Shown here: positions 1 through 13,172 of the stretch, piece after piece
How the letters are laid out: every line of letters starts with the position of its first letter
Numbering within the stretch: position 1 is the stretch's first letter
Assembly: GCA_051294375.1 (NCBI GenBank)
Contig: CM119267.1
Coordinates: 21,459,755 to 21,523,754 of the forward strand
DNA length: 64,000 bases
Origin: Paraspadella gotoi
Lineage: Eukaryota; Animalia; Chaetognatha
Direction of reading: 5' to 3'
The notes under the pieces: generated by a model
What the model was told of the DNA's origin: nothing
The model's input: only the letters and a program-made list of their open reading frames with translations
Database searches by the model: none
Translations under genes and position numbers: made by a program

Positions 1-83
1 CCGCCGAGCCCGCCGCGGCAGTCGCTCTTAACTCCGCAGCGCAACTGCTGCAGCGTTTGGCGCAGCGCTCCTGCCGCCGGGAC

Positions 84-191
<108 letters not shown>

Positions 192-665
192 CTCCCCGCG
201 AGTTCCAACATTTCCTTATATGGAAGTCCATTCTCGTTTTCGGTTCCGAAGAAGGAAAAAAGGAAAAAAAATAAAAACTACGTCGAGAGGAAGAGTGGAA
301 TTCGAGCGAGACGTCGCCTGGACTTTCTGCGGGAAAAGAGAGAGTGAGAGAGACAGAGAGAAAGACATTATGTCACGATATATGTGGAATTAATTCACGC
401 CTGGTTGTCGAATAATCGCAGACAATTTGATCTCATATGCGATAAACGGTTGTTTTTTTTTTCTGCGCAGAAATCACGCGGTGATCAGTTTCGATGAAAA
501 ATGATATATAATTTATTTTCTTCATTCCATACAACGTCAACTTTACATTATACATTTAATGCTGACGTTTCACTCGTAAATCACTTCTTATTCGAAGTTA
601 CAATGGGTTAAACAAATAATTGAAGCTTGATTTATTAATATTTCAGTCTCATATAATAAATAAAC

Positions 666-910
666 GGGACTGTGAGAGAGTCTTGATTGAAAGCTTGCAG
701 GGACCTGCTTTGTAATTATCTTGTAAGAGTGATGGAGGCCTTAAACCACCAAAGCCTGTCCAAAGTCAGGGGCAAGATAGCTTATTTAGTAAATGAATGG
801 ATAATTTTTATATTGGTTGTACCAATTTCATTAAACCAACATAGCCTGTCCAAAGTCCGGGGCAAGATAGCTTATTTATTAAATGAACGGATAATTTTAT
901 ATTGGTTGAT
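666..910 (+). mobile_element. Dispersed ~170-bp repeat (SINE/retro-like, unclassified) followed by a partial second 3' half
   Basis: GACTGTGAGAGAGTCTTGATTGAAAGCTTGCAGGGACCTGC...GCAAGATAGCTTATTT..AAATGAATGGATAATTTTTATATTGGTTGTACCAATTTCAT recurs inverted at ~15524-15692, ~27257-27423, ~43237-43400 and ~57804-57972, with end fragments at ~5036-5087, ~9256-9287 and ~29510-29567. Confidence 0.75.
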
Positions 911-1261
911 CCTCCTTCAATATATTACAAACATGCAAACTTTTAAAAAAAGTCTGGAATTTTAAAACTCTTTTCTGTTTCTCGTTAAATTGTTAATGTC
1001 ATTTTCATAAAAGACAAATCGTTGAGTCTTGAAGAAATTTGACGAATCGCCAGACGAGAAAGTCATCAACTGAGGAGAGTCAGAATATTCTCGAAGTAGC
1101 AGATGCAGCCCATCTATTTGACAGATGCCAAAGATTTTATCAATTCGGGGAGATGCAGAAGAGAGGTTATATAGGTTACCAAAAAGTTTTATTCGGATGG
1201 CGTTTGGTCGGTCGGCTGATTTGTTGGGCAATTAGCTTGTTGGAGAATTGGTTAGTTTATG

Positions 1262-1737
1262 TGATTTGTGGTTTGATATTTGATTTGATTTGATTTGATA
1301 TTTGATTTGATTTGATATTTGATATGATATTTGATTTGATATTTGATTTGATATTTGATTTGATATTTGATTTGATTTGATATTTGATTTGATTTGATTT
1401 GATATTTGATTTGATATTTGATTTTATATTTGATTTGATATTTGATTTGATATTTGATTTGATATTTGATTTGATATCTGATTTGATATTTGATTTGATT
1501 TGATATTTGATATTTGATATTTGATATTTGATATGATTTGATATGATTTGATATGATTTGATATGATTTTGATTTGATATTTGATTTGATATTTGGCTTG
1601 GCTAAGATGGCTGGGCTTGGCTTGGATTGGCTTGGCTTGGTTGGCTTGGTTGGCTTGGTTTGCTTGCTTGGCTTGGTTGGCTTGCTTGGCTTGCTTGGCT
1701 TGCTTGGCTTGCTTTGCTTTGCTTTGCTTTGCTTTGA
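1262..1737. repeat. Compound simple repeat (TTTGA/TTTGATA)n grading into (TTGGC/TTGC)n
   Basis: Direct inspection. Confidence 0.95.
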
Positions 1738-3044
1738 TTATTTTTCAACTGATTTTGATTCAAGAAAAATCCAGCCGAAACCGAATTGAATCATCCGACT
1801 CGTCAGAAAAAAAAAATCTTCAACGCAGTTCCTCTCGGCCTCGGGGTCATTTCTGTTCGATCCCTTTGTTTTCCGGCGGCGGGAAATCGAGCCGGGTTGC
1901 CGAACGGCAGGGTTGGTCGGTCGGTCTTTCCGCTTTCGGCTACGAACTTCCTTCTTTCGTTTTCGTGTCGCAGATTTTTTTCCCTTTTTTTTCGTCTTTT
2001 TCTTTTCTTCTTCTTCTTCTTCCATCTAATTCTTGTTCTCGATCGTCGATTTGATTAAATAGTTTTTTTAAAAAGATGGCAAAAGAATTTCCTTCCTTTT
2101 CTTTTTATTTTTTGTTATTTTTTAAATTTCTTATTTCTCATGATCTCGCTCTTTCTATTTTTCCCAATAAATAATTTTCCCACTAATTTCACGAGAGGCT
2201 TTACTTTTGAGTCCAATCTTTTGATGGATTGTATGAAGTTTTTTTAAAATTGGTTTTTGGTTGTAAAGAAGTTTTATTAAGATTCTTTTTCGTTAAGAAT
2301 AACATTTTTTTGTAATTTTACAACTTTTAAATCTTTAAATTTTATTGTTTCCTAGTTTTGTTCAACGAACCGATTCAATTTCATTAATTTTCTTTTTTAT
2401 TTCTATTTTTGTTTTTAACTTCTTAAAATTCCATCCCTCGATTTTCTTTTTGCCACCCGCTTTTTATTTTCATTATTTCTTTTTTTTTTCTTTTTTTTTT
2501 TTTGCACTGGTTCCTTTCTTGTCGAGAATTCAAAATTTCAACACACTCTTTCGTATCTGCTCATTGAGAAAATTTGAATTCGTGTCTTTCTGGTTCATTA
2601 GGTTTTTATAAATGAGAGACCCGCGTCTAATAATCGGTAACTATACGTAAGTCTGTAATCTGTCTGTCGATCTTATTTATATTTATTTATTATTCATTAT
2701 AACCCATTCATCCCTCCTCCTCCTCCTTCTCCTCCTCATTCAAAAAATGACTCATCTCATCTCGATTCGTCACTTAGTTTCTTTTTAGTTTCTTCGTTTC
2801 TCTCTCTGTTTTCCTTGTTTTCTTTTTCTTGGCGTCTTTTCGAGAAACGAGTCATCCCTCCCTCGTCGTCGTCGTCGTCGTCGTCATCGTCGTCGAGCGA
2901 GTCATCCCCGCAGCGCGTGAATCATCGAATCGATTCTGATTTAAAGATGAGACGTCATTTTTTTTTTGGTTGCGTCGCGCACCATTTCGGTTGAATTGTT
3001 GTTATTGTTGTGAGTGGCCTCGTCGTCGTCGTCGTCGTAGTCAA

Positions 3045-3088
<44 letters not shown>

Positions 3089-3950
3089 GCTTCGTTGTCT
3101 GATGTAGAAGAAGGCGGAAAATTCTTGGGATGCCTTCAGAGTAAATTTCGTGAAAGAACAATGATGACAAAGATGATGATAGATAATGATGATGATGTTG
3201 ATGATAATAATGATGGTTATGATTGTTACCAAGGTTCGTTATCTTGTTGTTAAACTTTCAGCTAGTCAATGTCGAGACACAAACGAAAGATCATTGGCTT
3301 CGAGAAACTTTAATTAATGTCAAACTTCACCGACAGTACGTACTACGTAGATCCATATTACGAATTATAAATAATCCCATAATTAATAAATTAACCCCTC
3401 CACCCTTATCTGTTAATACTTTTAAATATATTTGGATTTTTCAATAAATGTCTTGCTAACAAGAATGATGACTAACATCTTATTAGAAAACTGGGACAGA
3501 AAGTCATTATGAACTTTTTGTTGTATGTAGACAACGCTAACATCCCTCTCTTCATGACAATATTAAATATGAAATGAATAATATTTAAATCTAATACGCA
3601 TGTGAAATGTACTCAACTTTTATATTCATTTAAAAATTTTTGTCTAATTTAGTCTAATGTAGTAAAAAATAAACTTTATAAACTTTTTTGGGCCGTATTT
3701 CGCTAATTACAAAGTTTTTTCGTAATACCGACTACCGAGTGATGTCTATCAAGATTATAAAAAAAAACTATCATGTCAATCAAACCCGAATTGTCCTTTT
3801 CCCCGGCGTCATTTACTACAGTCACGATACTACATTTAAATCGTTTGTCGCCAAATTTATTCTTCCTTTTTTTGATTAAGTCGTTGTGACGCCACAATTC
3901 TCGATCGCCCCTCGTTGCGGGAGGCCCGACGCTAAATGTCGATAAAAATC

Positions 3951-4214
3951 GGCTCTCTTTTCCGAGAGTCCCCCATTTTTGTTCGTTTGTCCTAATCCAT
4001 AAACCTAACCTAATACTGAATCCTAACCCTAAGCCCTTATCTCTAATTTATACCCTTAACCCTTAACCCTAAATACTAATGCTTGACCCAAATCCCAAAC
4101 CTTAAAACCTAGTCGCCTAATCCTTAAAGCACTCGGTAATTTAATATTTAATTCAAAAAATTAACCTAATTCCGAATTTAAGACAAAATGGGGCGTTCTG
4201 GGAAAATAAGGCCC
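3951..4214. mobile_element. Non-autonomous element with imperfect terminal inverted repeats and an internal degenerate CCCTAA array
   Basis: Left end GGCTCTCTTTTCCGAGAGTCCCCCATTTT; right end AAAATGGGGCGTTCTGGGAAAATAAGGCCC. Same ends at 55921-56395 and ~41231-41703, and inverted at ~16098-16403 and ~27828-28133. Confidence 0.7.
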
Positions 4215-4545
4215 GAAAGGGCTCATCACGATTTTCGTGATTCGAATCACAGTTGTCGTCTTGGTTGACGTCATCGTCATGATCGTCATCGCCGTTCTCG
4301 TAAAGTTTTTTATATCATCATCAGTTTTTAATCACTTTTATTCAGTGCTTTTACTAATCGTTTTTTGGTTTTCACAGATGTGAATGCAATGTCGCGGGTG
4401 AATCAGTCAGGAGAATTCTGAGTGAGAAACGAGTGTATAAAACATCACATCGAGTTCATTTCTATAAATTTATTCACGAGAGGTCAAGTCGAACGAAATA
4501 TTATCACATCGAAATTGTTCCATGAAGATAAAAGCCGGAAATTCA

Positions 4546-4768
<223 letters not shown>

Positions 4769-6466
4769 GCCGCGGCGTGCACGAGCGGCGTCGATACTGC
4801 GCGCTGCGGCGCCGGCTTAGCTTAGACGCCTACGACGGCGATGGGCGCGGACCCTTGGACGTGACTAATGCAGCTGAGACGTCGTCTCATGGGGACCGCG
4901 ATTTCTGGAATTTTCGATAGAGGAATATTTGTTGGAGAAGAGGAGAGGAATATAAAATTATTACAGTCAATTAATTCTATAGTTAAGTTTTACCGCAAAA
5001 AATATCAATTTATAAATATGATAAAACTAATAAGATGCTTATTTATTAAATGAATGGATAATTTTTATATTTGTTGAACCAATTTCAAGAAAATTATCCA
5101 GTCATTCAATTAATAAGTTATTTAGCACCTGACTTAGGACGGGCTTTGGTGGGAAAGTCTCTATCCTTCATGCAAACTTTTAATGGAGATTCTTTCTTAC
5201 TACATAACCTTGTTACCTTGTATGTATTTTACATGGTTCCCTTCGTCGATTTGCCGGTCGGGCAAGTTGACTTTCATATTCGAATATAAATTCGAATATG
5301 AAAGAGAAAGAATAGGGCTGTTCTGCAGTTTTTTCTATTTTTTTGTAAAATACGTTTTAATATTTAAAAGGCAGACTAGAACATCTCAAGACTGGTAAAT
5401 AAAGCGTAGCAAAAATTTTAATATCAAATAGAATCAAAATTTTCATTGTAGATCATGAACATGCTTGTAACTGTAAAAATTTATAATCAAAAAAAAAATA
5501 TGCTCTCTCTCTCTAATTCCAATAACGAAAAGAAATAGAGGATTTCAAACAATGATAAAAACTTATAAATTATTTTAACAATTTTTTTTGAGAATTCGAA
5601 TCTGCTTTAAAAACTAAGAAAAAACATTTTAAAGTTTTTATATTTTCTAATTGAGAAATGAAAACTGATTTTTTTATATATAAATATTCTTTTGTACAAA
5701 ACAGAGCGAAAACGTTGGTTGAAGTATGTCCGGCGGAACTGTTCTGGGTTATAAATTGTTTAACAACTTTTTATGTATGGATGTATGCTTAAAAAATGAA
5801 TGCCTAATGTTTAAAAAATGTGGAATCATACTGTCTATCTGTCTACATTACTTATGATTGAAAAAAAAACTTGTTGCTCACTTTTTTTTTTTTGGAAGGC
5901 AACGAGATGTCCCAAGCGTTTGAGTTCCCGCTTGCCAAGAAAATAAATGAACATTTATTTCTCATTGAATTAATGTCATTTATAGTTTCAAAACAAAAAA
6001 CAAAAAAAACCGAAAAATAGTTCAAAAATAAATTGATGCTTATAACGAAATTTAGAAAACGATTTATAATTTAGTGTTAAAAATAGATTGCTCAGCCAAT
6101 AGCGTCTTTGGGAGGGCTGCAACTTTAGATAAGAGTTAAATAACAATCAACACGCCCTTTCGAAAGACAGGTTAAAAAAAAAAAAGAAAAAAAAAGACAG
6201 CTCAGTTATGGCAAAAACTGTGCAAAGATATTTATATATAAATATGAAGAAGTTACATATGTACATATTTACTGATGTCAGATATTCTTTTCTCGTTTAT
6301 TTTTTTTCGTTTATTAGTTTCTTAAAATAACAATCATGAAATATATACATATAAATAGATAAATAATAAAACTTTAATAATTGAATCGTCTATTCGATAA
6401 TAATATTGATGAAGACAACAGACCTATATAAAGAACATCTTAGTCAACGTAATAACTTACATCAAA

Positions 6467-9400
6467 ATGGAACTATCTTCCGATCTCTTTCTTTTGATAG
6501 CAAGTATTGCATTACAGATTGTCGATATTGGAACAGACGTCCAAACGTCCAAATTTTATTTTTCTCACCCAGATTCTAAGCTGAATGTGCTGGGATGGAT
6601 CAGCCTAGGGATAATATTTAGTAACTATATTACCACCTTAGTTTTAGGTCTGGCAGTACTCATAATAAATCACGATATGTATCCAAGGCTTTACCAAAAA
6701 TCATGGCGCAAGTATCTGACTATCATAATGCATTGTTTTGGTTTGGGTTTATGTCCGCTGTCAATAGATTATTATTTGGACATTCATATGAACGAAGAAA
6801 TAAGGTATTTGACGATAAGGTAATTGGTACTTAAATTTCTTCCGATTAAATTGCTCTCTTTTAATTGATACATTCCTGAAAGAAGTATAAAAGAGTCTGT
6901 TAAGGAATTCTATAATTTAATATTAATTTATTATTTTTTAATTTAATTTTTTATGTAATAGTATAAATATCCCTCACCAAGCCATTCTTTCAATACATTC
7001 TTTTAATTCACTATTAAACTATTTCCTTCAGTCAGTGGCAGTGCAAAACAAAAGAGACCTGGATAACTATTTACAACATAATTCACTGCATCTTTGAGTC
7101 TTTTCCTCAATTGATAGTACAATATTACGCTTTGGTCACTTTGTGGACTTCTGGAACGTCTTATCTATGTTTACAAAACGGTAGAATCGGTTTTCGGACA
7201 TTTCGCACAACTATACGTTTTCTTTACAAAGTATTTCAAAATGGCACGGTTAAAAAATTATCGCCCGCAATAAATTGTTCTTGCTGGGTAGAAAGAAACA
7301 ATCTCAATAATGGTTTGTTCTGTAGCTGGAATTTTCAGGTATATTTCAATATTTGAATTTAACTTTAATACTTTCTAGCTTGATAGTCAGTAGTCACGAC
7401 AACTAAATATTTGACATAAATTTGACATACATTTGATTTACATCATATAATTATATTTATTTAGTTAAAATACGTTGCAACTTGCAAGAATACTCAATAT
7501 AACCTAACAACAGTTCCCACCTCAAAATATTTTTTAAAACAAAATAATTTAGAAGATCATCATTTGGTGATGGCTTGCCTATATCTGGATATTGGGACTA
7601 TAGAGCCGAAATCCATGAAAGATATGGGTTCCCAACTTATGACCTCGATAATTATTTCGAACATATAGTATAAAAAAATAGAAAAATAAATAATAAATGT
7701 ATTCAATTTAAAATATAAGAATAACATATAAAAGATTATCAAATTTAAATCTAATAGATAAGGACGCCCTTTTCTTTAAAAAAACTATGTATGTATCCCT
7801 AACAGAACATACAATTCTACTTTGTAGTCTTAACCCTCAACAATAACGAATCATAAATAATCTTAATCCCATTACAAGAATGATGTCTATTGTCTAATAT
7901 CCAATCAGAAAACTAGGGCAGAAAGTAACTTTTAACCTAAGTGGCGATGTTGCCAGTACCCCCACTGGAGACCACGCCAGTCAAAAAAGCCTGGGCCTCC
8001 CGTAAATCTCCGTGCCTCAACCCTAACCCTAACTGCCTTTGACATGTCACCCACGGGCCTCTCTCCCAACCCTAACCCGGGCCTCCCGTACATATCCATG
8101 GCTCAACCCTAACCCTAACCGCCTTTAATACATCACCCATGGGCTTCTATCCCAACCCTAATTCTAAACCGGGCCTCCTGTTCATCAACAAAACCCTCCC
8201 TACCCCTAACCTTAAAATTGACATTAACATTAACCATAAAATGAACTTAACTTAACTGAACGCTAAGTCTAAACTACTCAACCCTAACCCTAAACTAATC
8301 AACCCTAACCCTAACTACTACCGCCTCAACCCTAACCCTAAACCAACTCAACCCTAACCCACCTCAACCCTAACCCTAATCTGAGTTTAGTTCAGGCGAA
8401 ATCGCCATAACAAGAACGCTCGATATTAGGGTGAAGTGAAAGTTTGGAATCAAAATTTAGCAGTTATATCTTGAAAACTATCATATTATTGATATTATTG
8501 ATTTCTTTTTTTATAAATATAGTAGCCCAGTCAGCTTATTTTGTATATAGTACTACCCTTATATAATGTCAAAATTTAAAAATGGTTTTTTTTAATTCTG
8601 AGAACAGATTCAGATTCCTCGTTAAAAGTTAGTAAAAGAAAGTGTAAATCTTTTTCAAAAATTATGTCATTAAGTAGGTTAAAATTACAAAAAATTATAT
8701 TTTTAAGCTGGAAATTTAAAATCGGCATCTTAAATATAGTTTTTTACATTTTTGACTAACTTAATGAAATAATTTTTAAAAAAGAATTGTACTTTCTTAT
8801 AATAACTTTTTGCAAGGAATCCAAATTCGATCTTAAAATTAAAAATTTGTATTTTGAAATTTTAGCCTATTATATACTTATTACTATATATAAATATAGC
8901 TCACTGGTGCCCACTAATGTATAAAATTAAAAAATAAATTTACCAAAATATTTTTATTGGTTTTTATGTTCATGTTTTATATGCTAAATTTTAATTTTCT
9001 AAAATTTTATCATTTTCACATCACTCTACTCGATATAGTTCACAGCTAAATTTCCAAATGGCGAGGAAGTCATGGCGAAGTCGCGATTTGGAGATTTCAT
9101 AGGTAGTAGGTCAAAAATAAGAAAAACCGTAAAAAATGATTATCATCATCATCTTTTGATGATTTTATTAGTTTTTTAACATTTTTACTGAGAAAACGTA
9201 AGAATTTTTAAAATCTGTAATTATATTTCTTGTTGAACTTTTTATGCTCTATCTATGGATAATTTTATATTGGATGTACCAATTTCTTAGAGGTTTTCTA
9301 AGTTAAAATAATTAACAAAAATTAGACTTAATATTGATTCTTAAACTTTTTTTTTCAGGATCCTCTTTTTATAATTTCACTCGTTTCATCTACAATTAGT

Positions 9401-11062
9401 GTCGCAAAAGCTGCTGCAAGTTTAAGAGAAGTACTAATATTTAGGGTTTACTACTTATGTAAAATAAAAGCTAGTATCCTTAAAATAGTAGATACGTTAC
9501 AAGGCATTGCAGGTTTGAGCGTATGCTCGTATTTCATAATAGTTTATAGCGTTAGGTTTTTAGAAAGTTTCAATTTGCTACTATCCATTATTTTCTTCCG
9601 GGTTATAAGTATGAATGAATTAAAAGAATTATTAACGATTTGTAAAACTATTTTAAAAACTAGCAATAAAAATCCTAATGACTTGGCAAAGAAACCTTTC
9701 AATGATTTTTATATAATACGACGGTCATTGTTAAGCACATTTTTATTATCTATGTTTTTCTTTGTTGAAACTCAAGTAACAATGGCGTCTCATTATTGGT
9801 ATCCCTCTGGAATAAAGATTACATGGGGACTGAGCGACATTGAAAAGCCCAATTTGGCTCAACTATTGCTTTCGGGTGTTTACGATTCTAAAGGGTTCAG
9901 ACTTTGTATCAAGTTGAAAGGAAAAAGTAAAGGAACAAAATGGGACAGAATAGTATTGAACAAATATATTAACGTGAGTGAAATTTCTTGTGCTCGTTCC
10001 AAAAACAAAGATATGGCGAAAGCCGTGAACCTTGGAAACTACAAATTTTTTCGACCTGAATATTCAACGCTGCTTCTTATGATTTTAATAGACCAATTGT
10101 TAAGTCTTATATATATCTTTTGTCAAACATTTTTTTTTAAATCATTTTTTTCATTTTTACCTGAAATTTTTTATTTGTCTAGCTTAATCATACTCGTGTT
10201 GCTGTGTCTAAAAATTAATGCCGTGTATAAAAGTATTGTTTATCCTAAAGAAATATTTCAAAGGACACGTTTCATGACTAAAAGTTTATATGTCCCATAC
10301 TTCGAATTACAGCTCCTGCTTTTTAAGCATTCAAGCTACTTATCAATCGTTTTTCTTATAGGTTTGTGTTTGTTTTGTTCAAAACTTGGAAATCATAAAA
10401 AGCATATATTCAAATTCTTTAATATTACTAAACTTTGCCTTAGTCTATTCTTGTTAGTAAAAATATTTCACATAGAACTATTCAGGTGTCGGGAAATAAT
10501 TGATTTATCCATTCAACTATGCTTTTTAAATGACAGTCACCAAATTTCTAAAATTCAAATATTTAAAAATATTCATGAAAAACTATTCACTTTAAAGTTT
10601 ATTTCAGACAACATTATTTTTCTGGCTAGTTTCTTGATTGTTCTTTCTATAAAGTCGTTGTGTAACCTATTCATAAAGGAATTCAAAAAGAGAGGTCTCA
10701 GACTTTTGAAGATTTTATTTATCTCGGGTATTTTCTTGTCTATTTACGTATTTTTAGAAACTTGGAACACTGATCATTCAACGAACATAAATAAATATTT
10801 TTCTGAAACAGGAATAGACAAGGTTTTTTTGTATAAGTATAACTACCAACTCCAGTCATCGGAATTTCACAATATTGACGATTTTAGTCATCATATTAGT
10901 AACTGTTTAATAAGACCGCCTCGTGACTCAAAATATTTACAAAATTTTACTAAAAAGGTGAAAGAAAACACAAAATTAATTACCGGCCACGACGAGTACA
11001 ACGTTGTGTTATTATATATAATCTTAGTTATCATTCCAGGTTTCGTAATTTACATCGATTAG
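6467..11062 (+). CDS. XK-related multi-pass membrane protein (XKR scramblase family), 3 exons: 6467-6819, 7032-7338, 9359-11062 (~787 aa)
   Basis: N-terminal TM with IVDIGTD, conserved FESFPQLIVQ motif in exon 2, ISLVSSTISVAKA in exon 3; GT-AG junctions are phase-consistent and give one open frame. Confidence 0.8.
7942..8407. repeat. Interstitial telomere-like (CCCTAA)n element with ~86-bp subrepeats, bounded by a 13-bp imperfect inverted repeat
   Basis: TGGCGATGTTGCC (7942) vs GGCGAAATCGCCA (8395-8407); many AACCCTAACCCTAA units; repeated GGGCCTCCCGTA..CAACCCTAACCCTAAC block; lies in XK intron 2. Confidence 0.7.
8427..9028. mobile_element. hAT-superfamily MITE family B (602 bp)
   Basis: TIRs TAGGGTGAAGTGAAA / TTTTCACATCACTCTA; perfect 8-bp TSD CTCGATAT at 8419-8426 and 9029-9036; long internal inverted repeats. 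Confidence 0.9.
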
Positions 11063-11764
11063 GCATAATATATAGGCAATTAGCCTCAGCTTGAAAAAAG
11101 CTTTTAGAATTTCTGTAAATCCGTTTCAATAAATTTTGCACTTTTATATATTTTTACTGGGTATAAAACGTACAGCTAAACTTATATTCAAGGTAAAGGT
11201 TGTAAATGTATTTATTTTATAATCGTGAAAGTACAACCTATGTCTTGACAATATCAAAATTATTTTTCAATTTTTTCACAATCAAACTGATGTCTAAATT
11301 TGAGCTAGATGTGTACAGATTTAATTGTAATTAATTGTAACCTTGATAGTTGATAGGGCACCAGCCGTCTAAAAACCTAAGTCCCACAAAACATATAAAT
11401 ATGAAAAGCATACAATTTTAAAATGTCGGAGGACGAGTTCAAAAATCGAAAAACCACAAAACCACTCAGATCTTTACAAAAGGGTTCTTACATAACGAAA
11501 GTCGATAATTTAACAACAGTCTATGCTTTAATGTTATAGTTAGAAATGGCATCTCATTCGAAAACATTTCATCCATAGATATTACGTTTCTTTGACGAAT
11601 AAATTTATACAATTGGGGAAATTAGAATTATTTTTCTTATCAGAACCGGAATCATCAGTACCATCTTCACTTTAGTTTTAATCACTTTCTTGGATTTACA
11701 CAGGATTTTTTCCCCTTTTTATAAAATGGTCGAATGTTTTACAGGCCCGATAAAAATCCCCAAT

Positions 11765-11804
<40 letters not shown>

Positions 11805-11805
11805 T

Positions 11806-13172
11806 TCAGCGATAATCGCTTTTTGGATTTACTCTTTTACATTTTATTTTCCGACCGCATGTGTTTTATTTCCGCAATTGCCGCAAAAGCCTTCAGGGCG
11901 TGGCCTCTCTCGATATCCGATCGGTGTCGCATCTGCCCGAAAAACATTTCCTTCCTCATCGAGTTCGTTATCGCTGAAAAGTCGAGCCAAAGAATTAGAG
12001 ATTAAAATTGCTTTTCTCGGGTCCTTCAATTATAGCCTCTATATCTGGCCATACGGTTCTCGATCAAGGCCACTGCTTCCTCCACACTTTCCACGTTGCT
12101 CATCATCACTTTCTCTTGCATAAAACGCCAGCGGAGTCCGCGAGTGAAAGTCATCAAAGCACGGCATCGTACGATCATGTCTTTATCCTCCTCCTGCATG
12201 TGTGGGTAAAAAGAGACCCACTCTCTGATCGCTTCTTTAACTCTGAGTCGAAATATATCGACTGACTCTCCGTTATTTCTACGCACGGACCTCGCTCGCA
12301 GGAGAGCGTCGTGCTTCTTCTGCGAAAGATAATGATCCAGAGTAACTTCAGAGCCTCGGAGTTCGCTTGAGTCTTCACCGTTTCCTTCCAAGTCGGTTCC
12401 ATTTCCTTCGTCTAAAATCAGTCCCGACAATTTTGATTCAAGAGATAGCGTGAGATAGAGTAGCGTGCGCGGTCACGCATTTGAAACACAGATCCAATTC
12501 ACAATTGGGGCAGAGATATCGCTGAGTAGGCATATCTGCCCTACTTCCGCATTCCTAACAACTCCATGGGCCAGTTGGGTCACGTTTATCTCCTTTCACA
12601 GACGTTAGCTCTCGCGAGGATAAATATGAATACATTTCTGGATGTTTGATAGCCGTGTCATCAATATATTTCTTATAAATGTTTGCCAAAGACTTGGAAT
12701 ATTTGTTGTTATATCCATTTCTATCAGGTTTAATTGGCCGAGTAATATGCGTGGTTACACAGTGTAGACAAAGATCCCATTCACAGCTCGGGCAGCGACA
12801 TAGCAACACGGCCTCCTTTCTGCTTTTTCTACAATACTTGCAACTCCATGGGTCGTTTTTACTTTGATTACTTAGAGACGTCGGCTCTGGATTTGAATAA
12901 AAAGAATTTATTCCAATTTGATTTTCGGAGCCGTAAAAATCTTCGAGTCTCTCAGGTAACCAACTCCCGCCATTACCAATTTCTCCCATTGATTCCCTAT
13001 TGGATCTTGCAATGCCCGAAGCTTGTCGACGTTGCTCAATCCAGGCTGCGCCTCTTTCCTCGTAGACATCGTCGGCATCATCGTCCGAAGGTGCGCTCCA
13101 GCCTCTCGGAAAATTTCGTCCCGCAACCCTTCTTTGATCGCCGTCGTTTCGTCGAGGATTGCCGTCGGTCAT
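11806..13172 (-). pseudogene. Decayed LTR-retrotransposon gag-like ORF interrupted by two tandem Cys/His zinc-finger repeats
   Basis: Gag-like PERLEDFYG, GESVDIFRLRV, FTRGL..VESVEEAVAL; CCHC knuckle CGNCGNKTHAVGK(C) broken by an AAAAT duplication; fingers CKYC..CPSC..LCLHC..H and C*EC..CPNC..LCFKC..H; stops and frameshifts; no pol or LTR seen. Confidence 0.6.

Noticed and set aside
7980-8380. True telomere or chromosome fusion scar
   Set aside because: Short, degenerate, single orientation, and bounded by element-like inverted repeats inside an intron
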